Part shown: positions 50,390 through 59,133 of the stretch, in pieces
How the letters are laid out: the number at the start of each line of letters is the position of its first letter
How positions within the stretch are numbered: the stretch's first letter is position 1
Source: an uncultured bacterium
GTDB taxonomy: Bacteria > Patescibacteriota > Minisyncoccia > SW-4-49-11
Assembly: GCA_937864235.1 (NCBI GenBank)
Contig: CALMJI010000012.1
Location: forward strand, 942 to 64,941
DNA length: 64,000 nucleotides
Direction of reading: 5' to 3'
Made by a program: the position numbers and the translations under genes
Notes under the pieces: generated by a model
The model's database searches: none
Seen by the model: only the letters and a program-made list of their open reading frames with translations
What the model was told of the DNA's origin: nothing

Positions 50390-50824
50390 ATGAAACTAAT
50401 AGTAATAACATTGTCAATTTTGGGAGTATTGTTGATAACCTCCCCTGATACTACTCTTGCCTCCTTTAGTGCTCCTAATGTTACTACTTCCCCTGAAAAA
50501 GGTACAATCCCAGATAATTCTGGAGTTTATCAAGGTACTAGCCTTATCGATACAGTTGAGCTAATTATCAATTGGGTATTGGGTTTTGTAGGAATAATTA
50601 TATTTATAATATTCTTATTTGCAGGATTTGAATATGCTACTGCTGGAGATGATACAGATAAAGCAAAAAGTGCTCAAAGCCGAATAGCAAATGCTATAAT
50701 AGGCCTTATTATAATTTTCTTTGCTTTTGTCGCCTCCAATGCCGTATTGAGTTTTGTCTTTCAAGATTCTATTCCAGTAGAAGAGGAGGAAATAGAGGCC
50801 AGTATAAATAATATCTTAAATTAA
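50390..50824 (+). CDS. VirB2/TrbC-type pilin, paralog of 49883-50272
   Basis: Shares IFLFAGFEYATAG and IGLIIIFFAFVASNA with the upstream gene. Confidence 0.85.
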   Translation: MKLIVITLSILGVLLITSPDTTLASFSAPNVTTSPEKGTIPDNSGVYQGTSLIDTVELIINWVLGFVGIIIFIIFLFAGFEYATAGDDTDKAKSAQSRIANAIIGLIIIFFAFVASNAVLSFVFQDSIPVEEEEIEASINNILN

Positions 50825-50831
50825 AATTAAT

Positions 50832-51704
50832 ATGAAAAAACATATTTTAGTAATGATAATGAGTTTAGTATCTTTAATAAGTTTTAATATAACTCAAGCC
50901 CAGACAGCTACGAATGAAAATGATGCCTGTAATAATAAAAAGAATGGAGATGCTTGTAGTTATAGTAACACAGTCAGCACAGGTAGCAATGCTCCAACAA
51001 CTCAGACAACTAACGGATATTGCGACAGAAGTGGGAGTCTCGGTTCAGGTAATTTATATTGTAATAAAGAGGTTAATGGTTGGAAGGATTGTTTCCTATT
51101 AGGAGATGCTTGTGAACAGGATGGTAAATTAGGTGTTTGTTCTGGTAATACAAACGGATCTAAAGGCACTTGTGATACAACCAAAACTCCTCCAGGTAAT
51201 CCAGGAGGCTCAACTCCAGCGACTTGTGGGGGAGCCCCTTGTGCTCTGCCTAAAGTTTGTGCAAAAATAGGGAGTAGAGATCAATGTGTTGATAGTGCTA
51301 TGACAAGTGATAATAAATGTGCTGGAGCCCCTTGTGCTCCACCTAAAGTCTGTGCAAAAATAGGGAATAGAGATCAATGTGTAGCTGATGGCTCTACCCC
51401 TGGAACTCCAGCTAATACTACTCCCACCGATGCTACTGCTCCGCAGACAGTAGGATTTATCAACCCAATTCGATTCAATAGCCTAACTGAGTTAATAGCA
51501 GGTATAATCAATGCCCTCTTAGGTATATTAGGAGCTATTACGGTAGCTGTATTAGTAAAGTCAGGATTTCAATATATGATAAGCTCCAATCCGGGAGAAG
51601 TAGGTCAAGCTCTAGATGGTATCAAGAATGCTATAATAGGACTTGCTATAATTATGGGTGCTTTCCTGATAACTCAATATGTGATTAGTGCTTTGGCAGC
51701 CTAG
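50832..51704 (+). CDS. Pilin with Cys-rich N-terminal passenger region
   Basis: Signal peptide, many Cys, duplicated module, C-terminal NP...pilin hairpin (SGFQYM...IKNAIIGL). Confidence 0.82.
   Translation: MKKHILVMIMSLVSLISFNITQAQTATNENDACNNKKNGDACSYSNTVSTGSNAPTTQTTNGYCDRSGSLGSGNLYCNKEVNGWKDCFLLGDACEQDGKLGVCSGNTNGSKGTCDTTKTPPGNPGGSTPATCGGAPCALPKVCAKIGSRDQCVDSAMTSDNKCAGAPCAPPKVCAKIGNRDQCVADGSTPGTPANTTPTDATAPQTVGFINPIRFNSLTELIAGIINALLGILGAITVAVLVKSGFQYMISSNPGEVGQALDGIKNAIIGLAIIMGAFLITQYVISALAA
51225..51383 (+). repeat. Intragenic direct repeat, 2 x 66 nt, period 93 nt
   Basis: CGGAPCALPKVCAKIGSRDQCV and CAGAPCAPPKVCAKIGNRDQCV. Confidence 0.92.
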
Positions 51705-51714
51705 AAAATAAAAT

Positions 51715-51751
51715 TTAGAGACGACTTTACAATATTGTAAGTCGTCTCTAA
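51715..51751. terminator. Bidirectional hairpin between convergent genes
   Basis: Near-perfect palindrome ttagagacgactttacaat/attgtaagtcgtctctaa. Confidence 0.75.
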
Positions 51752-51758
51752 TATTCAA

Positions 51759-52535
51759 TTATTGCACAGGCTCCAAAAATGGATGTAAGCCTTGACCACC
51801 AGGTTCTTTTCTAATTACTAAATATGTATCCTCTTGAGGGTCAGTCTGATAAGGATTTATAAATTGAACCTGTATTTCATCTTTTGTAACATTCAATTCA
51901 TAAACTTTTCTTCCAGTTGCTTTATAGTCTAATCCGTCTATTTTCAACCATTGATTAACATATCCTGTATCATATCCCAACCAAGAAAAGTAAAGTCTAT
52001 ATTTCCCAGGCTTTACTTTATATCTCCCACTTCTAATCAGATATATGGGACTATTAGTCGTTGGGAATATTGGTCTTTTATCAATTTCTTCCTCCAATGG
52101 AATAGGAGCAGGTGCCACCTGTCCCTGTTCGGTGGGGGGAGTGGACTGTGTTTTGAAAGAGTCTATGTGATACTGGTTAAACCAAATTATGCAACCAATC
52201 GCTACTATTAACACTAAAGACAACCATCTATTCTTGCCATTCCAAAAGCTACATATAGCAAAGAAAGCAAGTATAGCTATGATCACCCAATCGAATATGG
52301 TTATATAATTCCTCCCAATTATGAATAGACCTCGGATTATTAGGTAGGCTATCCCTATTGGCATTATCCATGCTGGTATGTTTACACTATTCTTTCCAGA
52401 CGAGCCACCTCCGCCAGACGGAGATCCACCCGCTGCCGGAGCAGGGGAGGGGGCGGTACCTCCTGTACTAGTCCCTGTGCTCCCAGAAGAAGGGCGGGAG
52501 CTGTTGTTGAGGTTGTAACGACGAGGAGGAGCCAT
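51759..52535 (-). CDS. Hypothetical membrane protein
   Basis: G/S/P-rich N-terminus, three TM segments, beta-rich C-terminal domain; own promoter at 52560-52588. Confidence 0.8.
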   Translation of the reverse strand: MAPPRRYNLNNSSRPSSGSTGTSTGGTAPSPAPAAGGSPSGGGGSSGKNSVNIPAWIMPIGIAYLIIRGLFIIGRNYITIFDWVIIAILAFFAICSFWNGKNRWLSLVLIVAIGCIIWFNQYHIDSFKTQSTPPTEQGQVAPAPIPLEEEIDKRPIFPTTNSPIYLIRSGRYKVKPGKYRLYFSWLGYDTGYVNQWLKIDGLDYKATGRKVYELNVTKDEIQVQFINPYQTDPQEDTYLVIRKEPGGQGLHPFLEPVQ

Positions 52536-52603
52536 GATTTGAACTCAAAGAACATATTCCTTATATCACATTTTGATTAAAATGTCAATTGTTAATAACA
52601 TCA

Positions 52604-52632
52604 AATAAAAAGCCGAGTATTTACTCGGCTTT
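52604..52632 (-). terminator. Intrinsic terminator of the SPFH gene
   Basis: aaagccgagta/tactcggcttt hairpin with T-tract on the minus strand. Confidence 0.7.
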
Positions 52633-52649
52633 ATAATTCAATAGTATTT

Positions 52650-53645
52650 TTACTCTTTTGATGACTCCAATGCACTTGCTATTTGTGTCAAAATATCATC
52701 TTTGGTAGCACCATCTCTGAAGATAACTTTTGCCTTATCTCCCAATGCTTCTCTCAATGTAGGATATTTTACATATTTATCCCAGAGTTGTTGTGCATTT
52801 ATAACTCCACCGCTTGTCGTAGCGGCATTTTGTATAGCCATGACAAATCCCTCCATCTCAGCTTTAAGATTTTTATTTTGCTGTTCAATTACCTTGGAAC
52901 GAGCTTGTTCCTCTCTCAGCTTTGCTTCTTGCTCAGCCTTGGCTACAGCTGACTTATTTCTTGCTTCGTTTACACTATCTGGTAGAGACAAATCGTCTAT
53001 ATTGATCAATACTAGTTCTACCCCAATATTGTCTAATTTAGCTAATATTGTAGCTCCCATTGTTTCTAGCTCGGGAGTAGTATTATTATCTTTATCAATC
53101 TGAGCTCCGGATTGTTTTAGCCCAAGAGACCTTAAGAGTTGATCTGGGCTAATCTTAGAGATTTGAATATCTTCCGGATTGCTGCCATTACTAATCTGAC
53201 TTGAGTATTCAGCAAAAGTATATTTTTGCAAAACTAGTCTAATGTAGGGATTCAAAATCCTCTCAGTAGCTTGTAGTATATCTTGATCCTCAGCATTATA
53301 GTGAGCCTTATATACGTTTTTAGCTTTTTCCCTGAGAGTTATCCCCTTAATTTGAGCTAGTATACTAGCTTTTGCTGTTAATGTCATATCTGGTAGCTCC
53401 AGTTCCGCATAATCTCCGGGGGTAGGAGTATCATGTCGAAACAGGTATACGGGAAATTGGTTTGTTCCATATGCACCAACCAATTGCCCTCCGGGTATTA
53501 TGAAGTTAAGCCCAGGAGTAATGACCTTGGATCGATTCCCACTACCATCTTCTTTTGGTCTGCTTCCAAACCAAGAGACGATGTGAATCTCGTTGTCTGG
53601 GACAGTCCAGATTGGGGGAAGAAAGAACGGTTCAAAACTTGCCAT
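52650..53645 (-). CDS. SPFH/band-7 domain protein, divergent
   Basis: V...E..IV..FG...PGLNF, GVEL..I.I.D..LP..V..A followed by an Ala/Glu coiled coil. Confidence 0.75.
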   Translation of the reverse strand: MASFEPFFLPPIWTVPDNEIHIVSWFGSRPKEDGSGNRSKVITPGLNFIIPGGQLVGAYGTNQFPVYLFRHDTPTPGDYAELELPDMTLTAKASILAQIKGITLREKAKNVYKAHYNAEDQDILQATERILNPYIRLVLQKYTFAEYSSQISNGSNPEDIQISKISPDQLLRSLGLKQSGAQIDKDNNTTPELETMGATILAKLDNIGVELVLINIDDLSLPDSVNEARNKSAVAKAEQEAKLREEQARSKVIEQQNKNLKAEMEGFVMAIQNAATTSGGVINAQQLWDKYVKYPTLREALGDKAKVIFRDGATKDDILTQIASALESSKE

Positions 53646-53756
53646 CTTTTAAAATAGCAATGGGACATCCGTATAATTAACACAAAATTACAAAAATGTC
53701 AATTTTAAGTAAAAATCCCCTAGTTTTATCAAGGAGGGGATAAAAATCTAGATATT

Positions 53757-53957
53757 TTAGCTAGGGTGTTTGTTTTTTTGAAACCAGTCTATTAGTCTGT
53801 TGAACAAGAAGTATATTTGGGAGGCTAGCATCCATAGTATAATGATTATATATGCTAGTATTATGATCAGTATTATTGGTATTGCACGAATTATTTCAGA
53901 GTTTAGTATTTGTATAAAAAATCTTCTTATTATAAATAGATTTTTTCTTAGTTTCAT
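53757..53957 (-). CDS. Small single-TM hypothetical protein
   Basis: 66-aa ORF, basic N-terminus plus hydrophobic stretch; upstream ttgaca and downstream hairpin 53715-53741. Confidence 0.5.
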   Translation of the reverse strand: MKLRKNLFIIRRFFIQILNSEIIRAIPIILIIILAYIIIILWMLASQIYFLFNRLIDWFQKNKHPS

Positions 53958-54026
53958 AGAATCAAGTCCTCAACTCTAGTTTCTTAATAGTATTCTAAAT
54001 GTTAGACTATGTCAAATTATTAATTT

Positions 54027-54383
54027 CGTAGGTGAGCCCTTTCATTCACCTGTCCACACCCAAACTGCGGGCACCATCGCCAGCGAGGTCGTATCTACTG
54101 GTAGGTAAAGTTTATTCTGTCCTCCTTTGGAGGAGGTGGCCTTTAGGCCGGAGGTGGATTGCCATTACACTTTTGTTATGGAATTAAATTAAATATTATT
54201 TTATCCACCCTCTCCCTACGGGTACTCCCTCCAAAGGGAGACAAAAATACAAGTTACAAAATTCAATCCATCCACCTCCTCCCTGCCTACCGTAGTTAGG
54301 TAAGTGAGGACAAAAAACTTTACAGGCGACTGAAAGGTCGCCCCTACGAAAATCAAATGGAGGGATCAACCCCCTCCCACCTA
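54027..54383. repeat. Composite repeat cluster: GTAG hairpins, Y/X doublet, partial Y with I3-like insert
   Basis: Y(rc) 54118-54159, X(rc) 54203-54243, acaggcgactgaaaggtcgcccctac 54322-54347. Confidence 0.88.
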
Positions 54384-54499
54384 ATATTGACAAATTACAA
54401 TATATATAATACAATAAAACAAGTTCCCAAAAGAGGTGTGCTTTTGAGTACTCCAAGGTGTAAGGAATACTCGCCCCGCTAATTATAATTATTTATTTT

Positions 54500-54913
54500 A
54501 TGCCTACTATACAACAATTAGTAAGAAGAGGTCGCAAGACTGCTATCAAAAAAACCAAGTCCCCAGCTTTAGGTAAAACCTTTAATGTACTCAAAAATAA
54601 GCCTTTGGAGAGTAATTCTCCTTTCAAAAGAGGTGTTTGTGTGAAGGTGACCACTACTACTCCTAAGAAACCAAACTCTGCTCTTCGTAAAATCGCTAGA
54701 GTAAGATTGTCAAATGGACAAGAAGTAACTGCTTATATTCCAGGAATGGGACATAATTTGCAAGAGCACTCTGTAGTAATGCTAAGAGGTGGAAGAGTAA
54801 AAGATTTACCGGGAGTTAGATACCATATTGTTAGAGGAGTTCTAGATACTGCTGGTGTAGATGGAAGATCTCAAGAGCGAAGTAAATATGGGGTTAAGAA
54901 GCCTAAACAATAG
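54500..54913 (+). CDS. rpsL: 30S ribosomal protein S12
   Basis: [31 protein letters not shown]. Confidence 0.99.
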   Translation: MPTIQQLVRRGRKTAIKKTKSPALGKTFNVLKNKPLESNSPFKRGVCVKVTTTTPKKPNSALRKIARVRLSNGQEVTAYIPGMGHNLQEHSVVMLRGGRVKDLPGVRYHIVRGVLDTAGVDGRSQERSKYGVKKPKQ

Positions 54914-54939
54914 ATTTTTATTAAGATATTTTAAATATT

Positions 54940-55407
54940 ATGCCTAGAAGAAAGCGCAATTACACCAGAGAAATCGAACTTGATCCAAGATATAAGAATC
55001 TTTTGGTTTCTCAATTTATCAACTACATTATGTTGGATGGTAAAAAATCAGTAGCTCGTAATGTATTTTATGGAGCTATGGATATTATTGAAAAAGAATA
55101 TTCTCAAGATCCTCTCAATGTATTCAATACTGCTATCAAGAATGTTTCTCCAGCAGTAGAGGTAAGATCTAGAAGAGTAGGAGGAGCTAACTATCAAGTC
55201 CCAGTAGAAGTAAGACCAGCTCGTAAAACTTCTCTTGCTTTTAGATGGCTTTTGGATGCTGTTCGTAAGAAAAAAGGTAAGTCCACTGATAAAAAATTAG
55301 CTGAAGAGCTAATGGATGCTTTTAATCAAACTGGTACTGTGATTAAGAAAAAAGACGATACCCAGAGAATGGCTGAGGCTAACCGTGCTTTTGCTCACTT
55401 GAGATAA
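54940..55407 (+). CDS. rpsG: 30S ribosomal protein S7
   Basis: DGKKSVA, RRVGGANYQVP, MAEANRAFAH. Confidence 0.99.
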   Translation: MPRRKRNYTREIELDPRYKNLLVSQFINYIMLDGKKSVARNVFYGAMDIIEKEYSQDPLNVFNTAIKNVSPAVEVRSRRVGGANYQVPVEVRPARKTSLAFRWLLDAVRKKKGKSTDKKLAEELMDAFNQTGTVIKKKDDTQRMAEANRAFAHLR

Positions 55408-55487
55408 AACTACGTCCCCCTCTTAATCTTTGTAGCAAAACAAAACAATTAACAATTCTATACATTAGTAATTAAGAATCAAATACT

Positions 55488-57608
55488 ATGTCCAAAAACA
55501 ATCAAGATATTCCTCTAAAGGATGTTCGCAATATTGGTATTATTGCCCATATTGATGCTGGTAAAACTACTACTACCGAGCGAATTTTGTATTTCACCGG
55601 TCTGAAGCACAAAATTGGAGAAGTTCACGATGGAGCTGCTGAGATGGACTGGATGGCTCAAGAGCGAGAAAGAGGAATTACCATTACCTCTGCTGCTACC
55701 ACTTGTTTTTGGAAAGATCATAGAATTAATATTATTGACACTCCAGGCCATGTAGACTTTACTATGGAGGTAGAGAGATCTCTTAGAGTTTTGGATGGTG
55801 CTGTGACTGTATTTGATGGAAAATCTGGTGTAGAACCACAATCTGAGACTGTGTGGCGACAGGCAGATAGATATAATGTGCCTAGAATTTGTTTTGTAAA
55901 TAAAATCAATCAAACTGGAGGAGATTTTTATAAATCTTTTGAGTCTATTCAAGAGAGATTATCCAAAGACGCAGTAGTAATTGCTCTTCCAATTGGATTT
56001 GAACAAGGCGTAAGAGGATTAGTAGACTTGGTAGAGAATAAAGCTTATGTCTATGCTGATGAGGCTGGTATGACTGAAATTGTAGAGGCTGAAGTTCCTG
56101 CAGATATGCTAGAGCAGGTAGAAGAGTATCGACAAATTTTGATGGAAAAAGTCTCCGAAGTAGATGATAGATTGATTGAATTATTCCTAAATGATGGAGA
56201 ATTATCCACTGAAGAGTTAAAATATGCTATCCGTAAGGGGACTCTAGAATCAAAGATTTTCCCAGTTATGGGAGGAGACTCTAGAACAGCTATCGTAAGA
56301 AAATTACTTGATGCAGTGATTGAATATTTACCATCTCCTCTAGATATTGATGCAGCTAAGGGAACAGATGTACATAATGAAGAGAAAGAGTTGACTAGAA
56401 AAGCAGACAAAGATGAACCTTTTGCTGGACTTGCTTTCAAAATCGCCACTGATCCTTATATTGGGCAATTAGTATTCTTTAGAGTTTATTCTGGAGTATT
56501 GAAGAGTGGAAGTTATGTCTATAACTCAACTAAAGGTGAGAAAGAAAGAATTTCTCGTTTGGTGCTGATGCATGCTAACTCTAGAACAGAGGTAGAAGAA
56601 TTATCTGCTGGAGAAATTGGAGCTATTGTGGGACTTAAGAATACCACCACCGGAGATACTCTTTGTGATGAGAAAAATCCAATTATACTTGAGAAAATTG
56701 TAATCCCAGAGCCAGTTATTCAGATAAAATTAGAGCCAAAGACTAAAGCTGATCAAGAGAAGATGAGCTTAGCCCTACACAAATTATCTGATGAGGACCC
56801 AACTCTAAAAGTTAGCACCGATGAAGTAACAGGAGATACTTTGATTGCCGGTATGGGAGAGCTACATCTAGATATTATTGTAGATAGAATGAAGAGAGAA
56901 TTCGGAGTAGAAGTCAATGTAGGACAACCACAAGTAGCCTATAAAGAAACCATCAAAGGTACTGCTGAAGCTCAAGGTAAATATATCAAACAGTCTGGAG
57001 GAAAAGGACAATATGGAGATGTTTATCTACGAGTTGAGGCATTTGATCCTGAGACAGTTGAAATTGATCCAAAGAAACCACAACATTATATCTTTGGAAA
57101 TGAATTAAAAGGAGGATCTATTCCATCCGAATATGTACCTGCTATTGAGAAGGGAGTTAAAGAGTCTATTGACCGTGGTGTTATTGCTGGATATCCTTTG
57201 ATCAATGTCAAAGCCACAGTCTATGATGGATCTTATCATGATGTTGACTCCTCTGAATCTGCTTTCAAAATTGCTGGATCTATGGCTCTCTCAGCCGCTG
57301 TTAAAAAAGCCAACCCTATTATTCTAGAGCCAATTATGGCAGTAGAAGTGACTATCCCAGAACAATATATGGGAGATGTAGTAGGAGATTTGAACTCACG
57401 AAGAGGTTTAATCGAGGAGATGAATGACAGAACAGGAGGATTAAAAGTAGTATCAGCTAAAGTACCTCTATCCTCAATGTTTGGATATGTGACAACTCTT
57501 AGATCTATGACACAAGGACGAGGAAATGCAGTGATGGAATTCAATGACTATCAGCCAGTACCTAGTAATGTACAACAAGAAATTATTGATAAAAGAACTG
57601 CTAAATAA
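55488..57608 (+). CDS. fusA: Elongation factor G
   Basis: [40 protein letters not shown]. Confidence 0.99.
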   Translation: MSKNNQDIPLKDVRNIGIIAHIDAGKTTTTERILYFTGLKHKIGEVHDGAAEMDWMAQERERGITITSAATTCFWKDHRINIIDTPGHVDFTMEVERSLRVLDGAVTVFDGKSGVEPQSETVWRQADRYNVPRICFVNKINQTGGDFYKSFESIQERLSKDAVVIALPIGFEQGVRGLVDLVENKAYVYADEAGMTEIVEAEVPADMLEQVEEYRQILMEKVSEVDDRLIELFLNDGELSTEELKYAIRKGTLESKIFPVMGGDSRTAIVRKLLDAVIEYLPSPLDIDAAKGTDVHNEEKELTRKADKDEPFAGLAFKIATDPYIGQLVFFRVYSGVLKSGSYVYNSTKGEKERISRLVLMHANSRTEVEELSAGEIGAIVGLKNTTTGDTLCDEKNPIILEKIVIPEPVIQIKLEPKTKADQEKMSLALHKLSDEDPTLKVSTDEVTGDTLIAGMGELHLDIIVDRMKREFGVEVNVGQPQVAYKETIKGTAEAQGKYIKQSGGKGQYGDVYLRVEAFDPETVEIDPKKPQHYIFGNELKGGSIPSEYVPAIEKGVKESIDRGVIAGYPLINVKATVYDGSYHDVDSSESAFKIAGSMALSAAVKKANPIILEPIMAVEVTIPEQYMGDVVGDLNSRRGLIEEMNDRTGGLKVVSAKVPLSSMFGYVTTLRSMTQGRGNAVMEFNDYQPVPSNVQQEIIDKRTAK

Positions 57609-57630
57609 GCGAATCAACTTCAATAATTTT

Positions 57631-57667
57631 ACCAAAAATCCTGAGTATCAAACCTCAGGTTTTTGGT
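57631..57667 (+). terminator. Terminator after fusA
   Basis: accaaaaatcctgag/ctcaggtttttggt inverted repeat. Confidence 0.75.
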
Positions 57668-57687
57668 TTATAAAATATTGACATCTA

Positions 57688-57954
57688 TTGACAAAAGTTT
57701 ATATTTGTGATATTGTTGTAAAGCTAAAATGCAATAAAAACATTGTGACAACAATTTCAGAAGCCTTTGTAATTGGGAGTAAATCTCCCAAAATAAGGTA
57801 GCATAATCGCTCCTTCAAGAGAAAACGTCCAGTTTATGCTCATGAACTTGCAAAAATAGATCCTATGAAGGATCTCGAAGCAGAGTGGGCTAAAAGAATG
57901 CCCAAATGACCAATTCCAATCACCAGAGGTAACTCCATGAGTTATCTCTTTTTT
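57688..57954 (+). other. Short unannotated transcription unit (ncRNA or interrupted small ORF)
   Basis: ttgaca-17-tattgt promoter, terminator agaggtaactc/gagttatctct+T-tract; GTG 57745..TGA 57909 frame with one internal TAG. Confidence 0.45.
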
Positions 57955-58025
57955 ATTTGATAATAAATTTTCTCATTATACCTTATATTATCTATATATA
58001 ATAATATGCTATAATATACCTAACA

Positions 58026-58114
58026 GGAGAGATCGCATAGTCCGGTTTATTGCGCTGCATTCGAAACGCAGTATAGGGTCAAACCTATCAAGGGTTCGAA
58101 TCCCTTTCTCTCCG
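58026..58114 (+). tRNA. tRNA-Ser(CGA)
   Basis: Acceptor ggagaga/tctctcc+g, anticodon loop ttcgaaa, long variable arm, ggttcgaatcc. Confidence 0.94.
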
Positions 58115-58170
58115 CAATTAATTCAATATATGTTATAATAAAAATATAAGTGAATTCGAAGATAAATTGT

Positions 58171-59130
58171 ATGAATGCACAAACTAAAACAATTACAGAA
58201 ATTGCAGAAAAGTTTTCAATAAACTCTATTTATGCACACAGACTTTTTCATAGTTCTAATCAAGAAGATATTTTTAAAGATATTACAAGACTATTAGAAG
58301 AAAAACCAAAACCATTTGTTAAGTGGGTAGGAGGAAAAAGGCAGTTATTAAAGCAATTTCGTGAACTTGGATTATATCCTCCAGAAGAGTTCGATCCTAT
58401 TCATAATACTTATTTTGAACCATTTGTAGGTGGTGGTGCAGTTTTCTTTGATTTACTTCCCCAAAAAGCTAAGTTATCTGATTTGAATCAAGAATTGGTA
58501 ATCACTTATAATGTGATTAAAAGTAATGTGGAGGAGTTAATTCAATCTTTACAAAAACACATACACTCCAAAGAATATTATTTAGAAATTAGGGCTAAAA
58601 AGATTAAAGACTTAACAGATGTTGACATTGCCTCAAGATTTATTTACCTGAATCGTACGGGGTTCAATGGTATGTATAGGGTGAATAAAAGTGGTGGATT
58701 CAATGTTCCATTTGGGAAATATAATAATCCACTAATATGTGATGAGGTGAATTTAAAAAGAGTGTCTCAAGCATTACAAAATGTTTCTATTAAATACCAA
58801 GATTATAAAGCAATATTAGCGGAGGCTCAAAAGGGTGATTTTGTTTATTTTGATCCTCCCTATTTCCCAGTTAGTAAAACTGCTTCTTTTACTTCATATA
58901 CGGCAGACGCTTTTCTAGAGAAAGAACAAATAGAACTAAGAGATACATTTATAAAACTTCATAAGCGAGGTTGTTTTGTGATGTTATCTAATTCAGACAC
59001 TCCATTTATCAATGAAATATATTCTGGCATTGAAGGTGTTAAAAATAATACAATTATTGCTGGTCGTTCGATAAACTCTAAAGGCTCAGGGAGAGGTAAA
59101 ATTACTGAGGTATTGATAACAAATTATTAA
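58171..59130 (+). CDS. Dam/DpnM-family DNA adenine methyltransferase
   Basis: KWVGGK, EPFVGGG, FNGMYRVN..G.FNVPFG, DPPY, MLSNS. Confidence 0.95.
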   Translation: MNAQTKTITEIAEKFSINSIYAHRLFHSSNQEDIFKDITRLLEEKPKPFVKWVGGKRQLLKQFRELGLYPPEEFDPIHNTYFEPFVGGGAVFFDLLPQKAKLSDLNQELVITYNVIKSNVEELIQSLQKHIHSKEYYLEIRAKKIKDLTDVDIASRFIYLNRTGFNGMYRVNKSGGFNVPFGKYNNPLICDEVNLKRVSQALQNVSIKYQDYKAILAEAQKGDFVYFDPPYFPVSKTASFTSYTADAFLEKEQIELRDTFIKLHKRGCFVMLSNSDTPFINEIYSGIEGVKNNTIIAGRSINSKGSGRGKITEVLITNY

Positions 59131-59133
59131 ATT

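Noticed and set aside
54027-54110. Possible fluoride riboswitch on the minus strand (ggcgatggtgcccgc...)
   Set aside because: Only the 5' few bases fit; the rest is explained by a GTAG-type repeat and other repeat fragments, and no fluoride-related gene follows
55515-57544. Antisense ORFs within fusA (and similar ones within ddl, topA, ftsK and gyrA)
   Set aside because: Shadow frames of highly conserved genes with no motifs of their own
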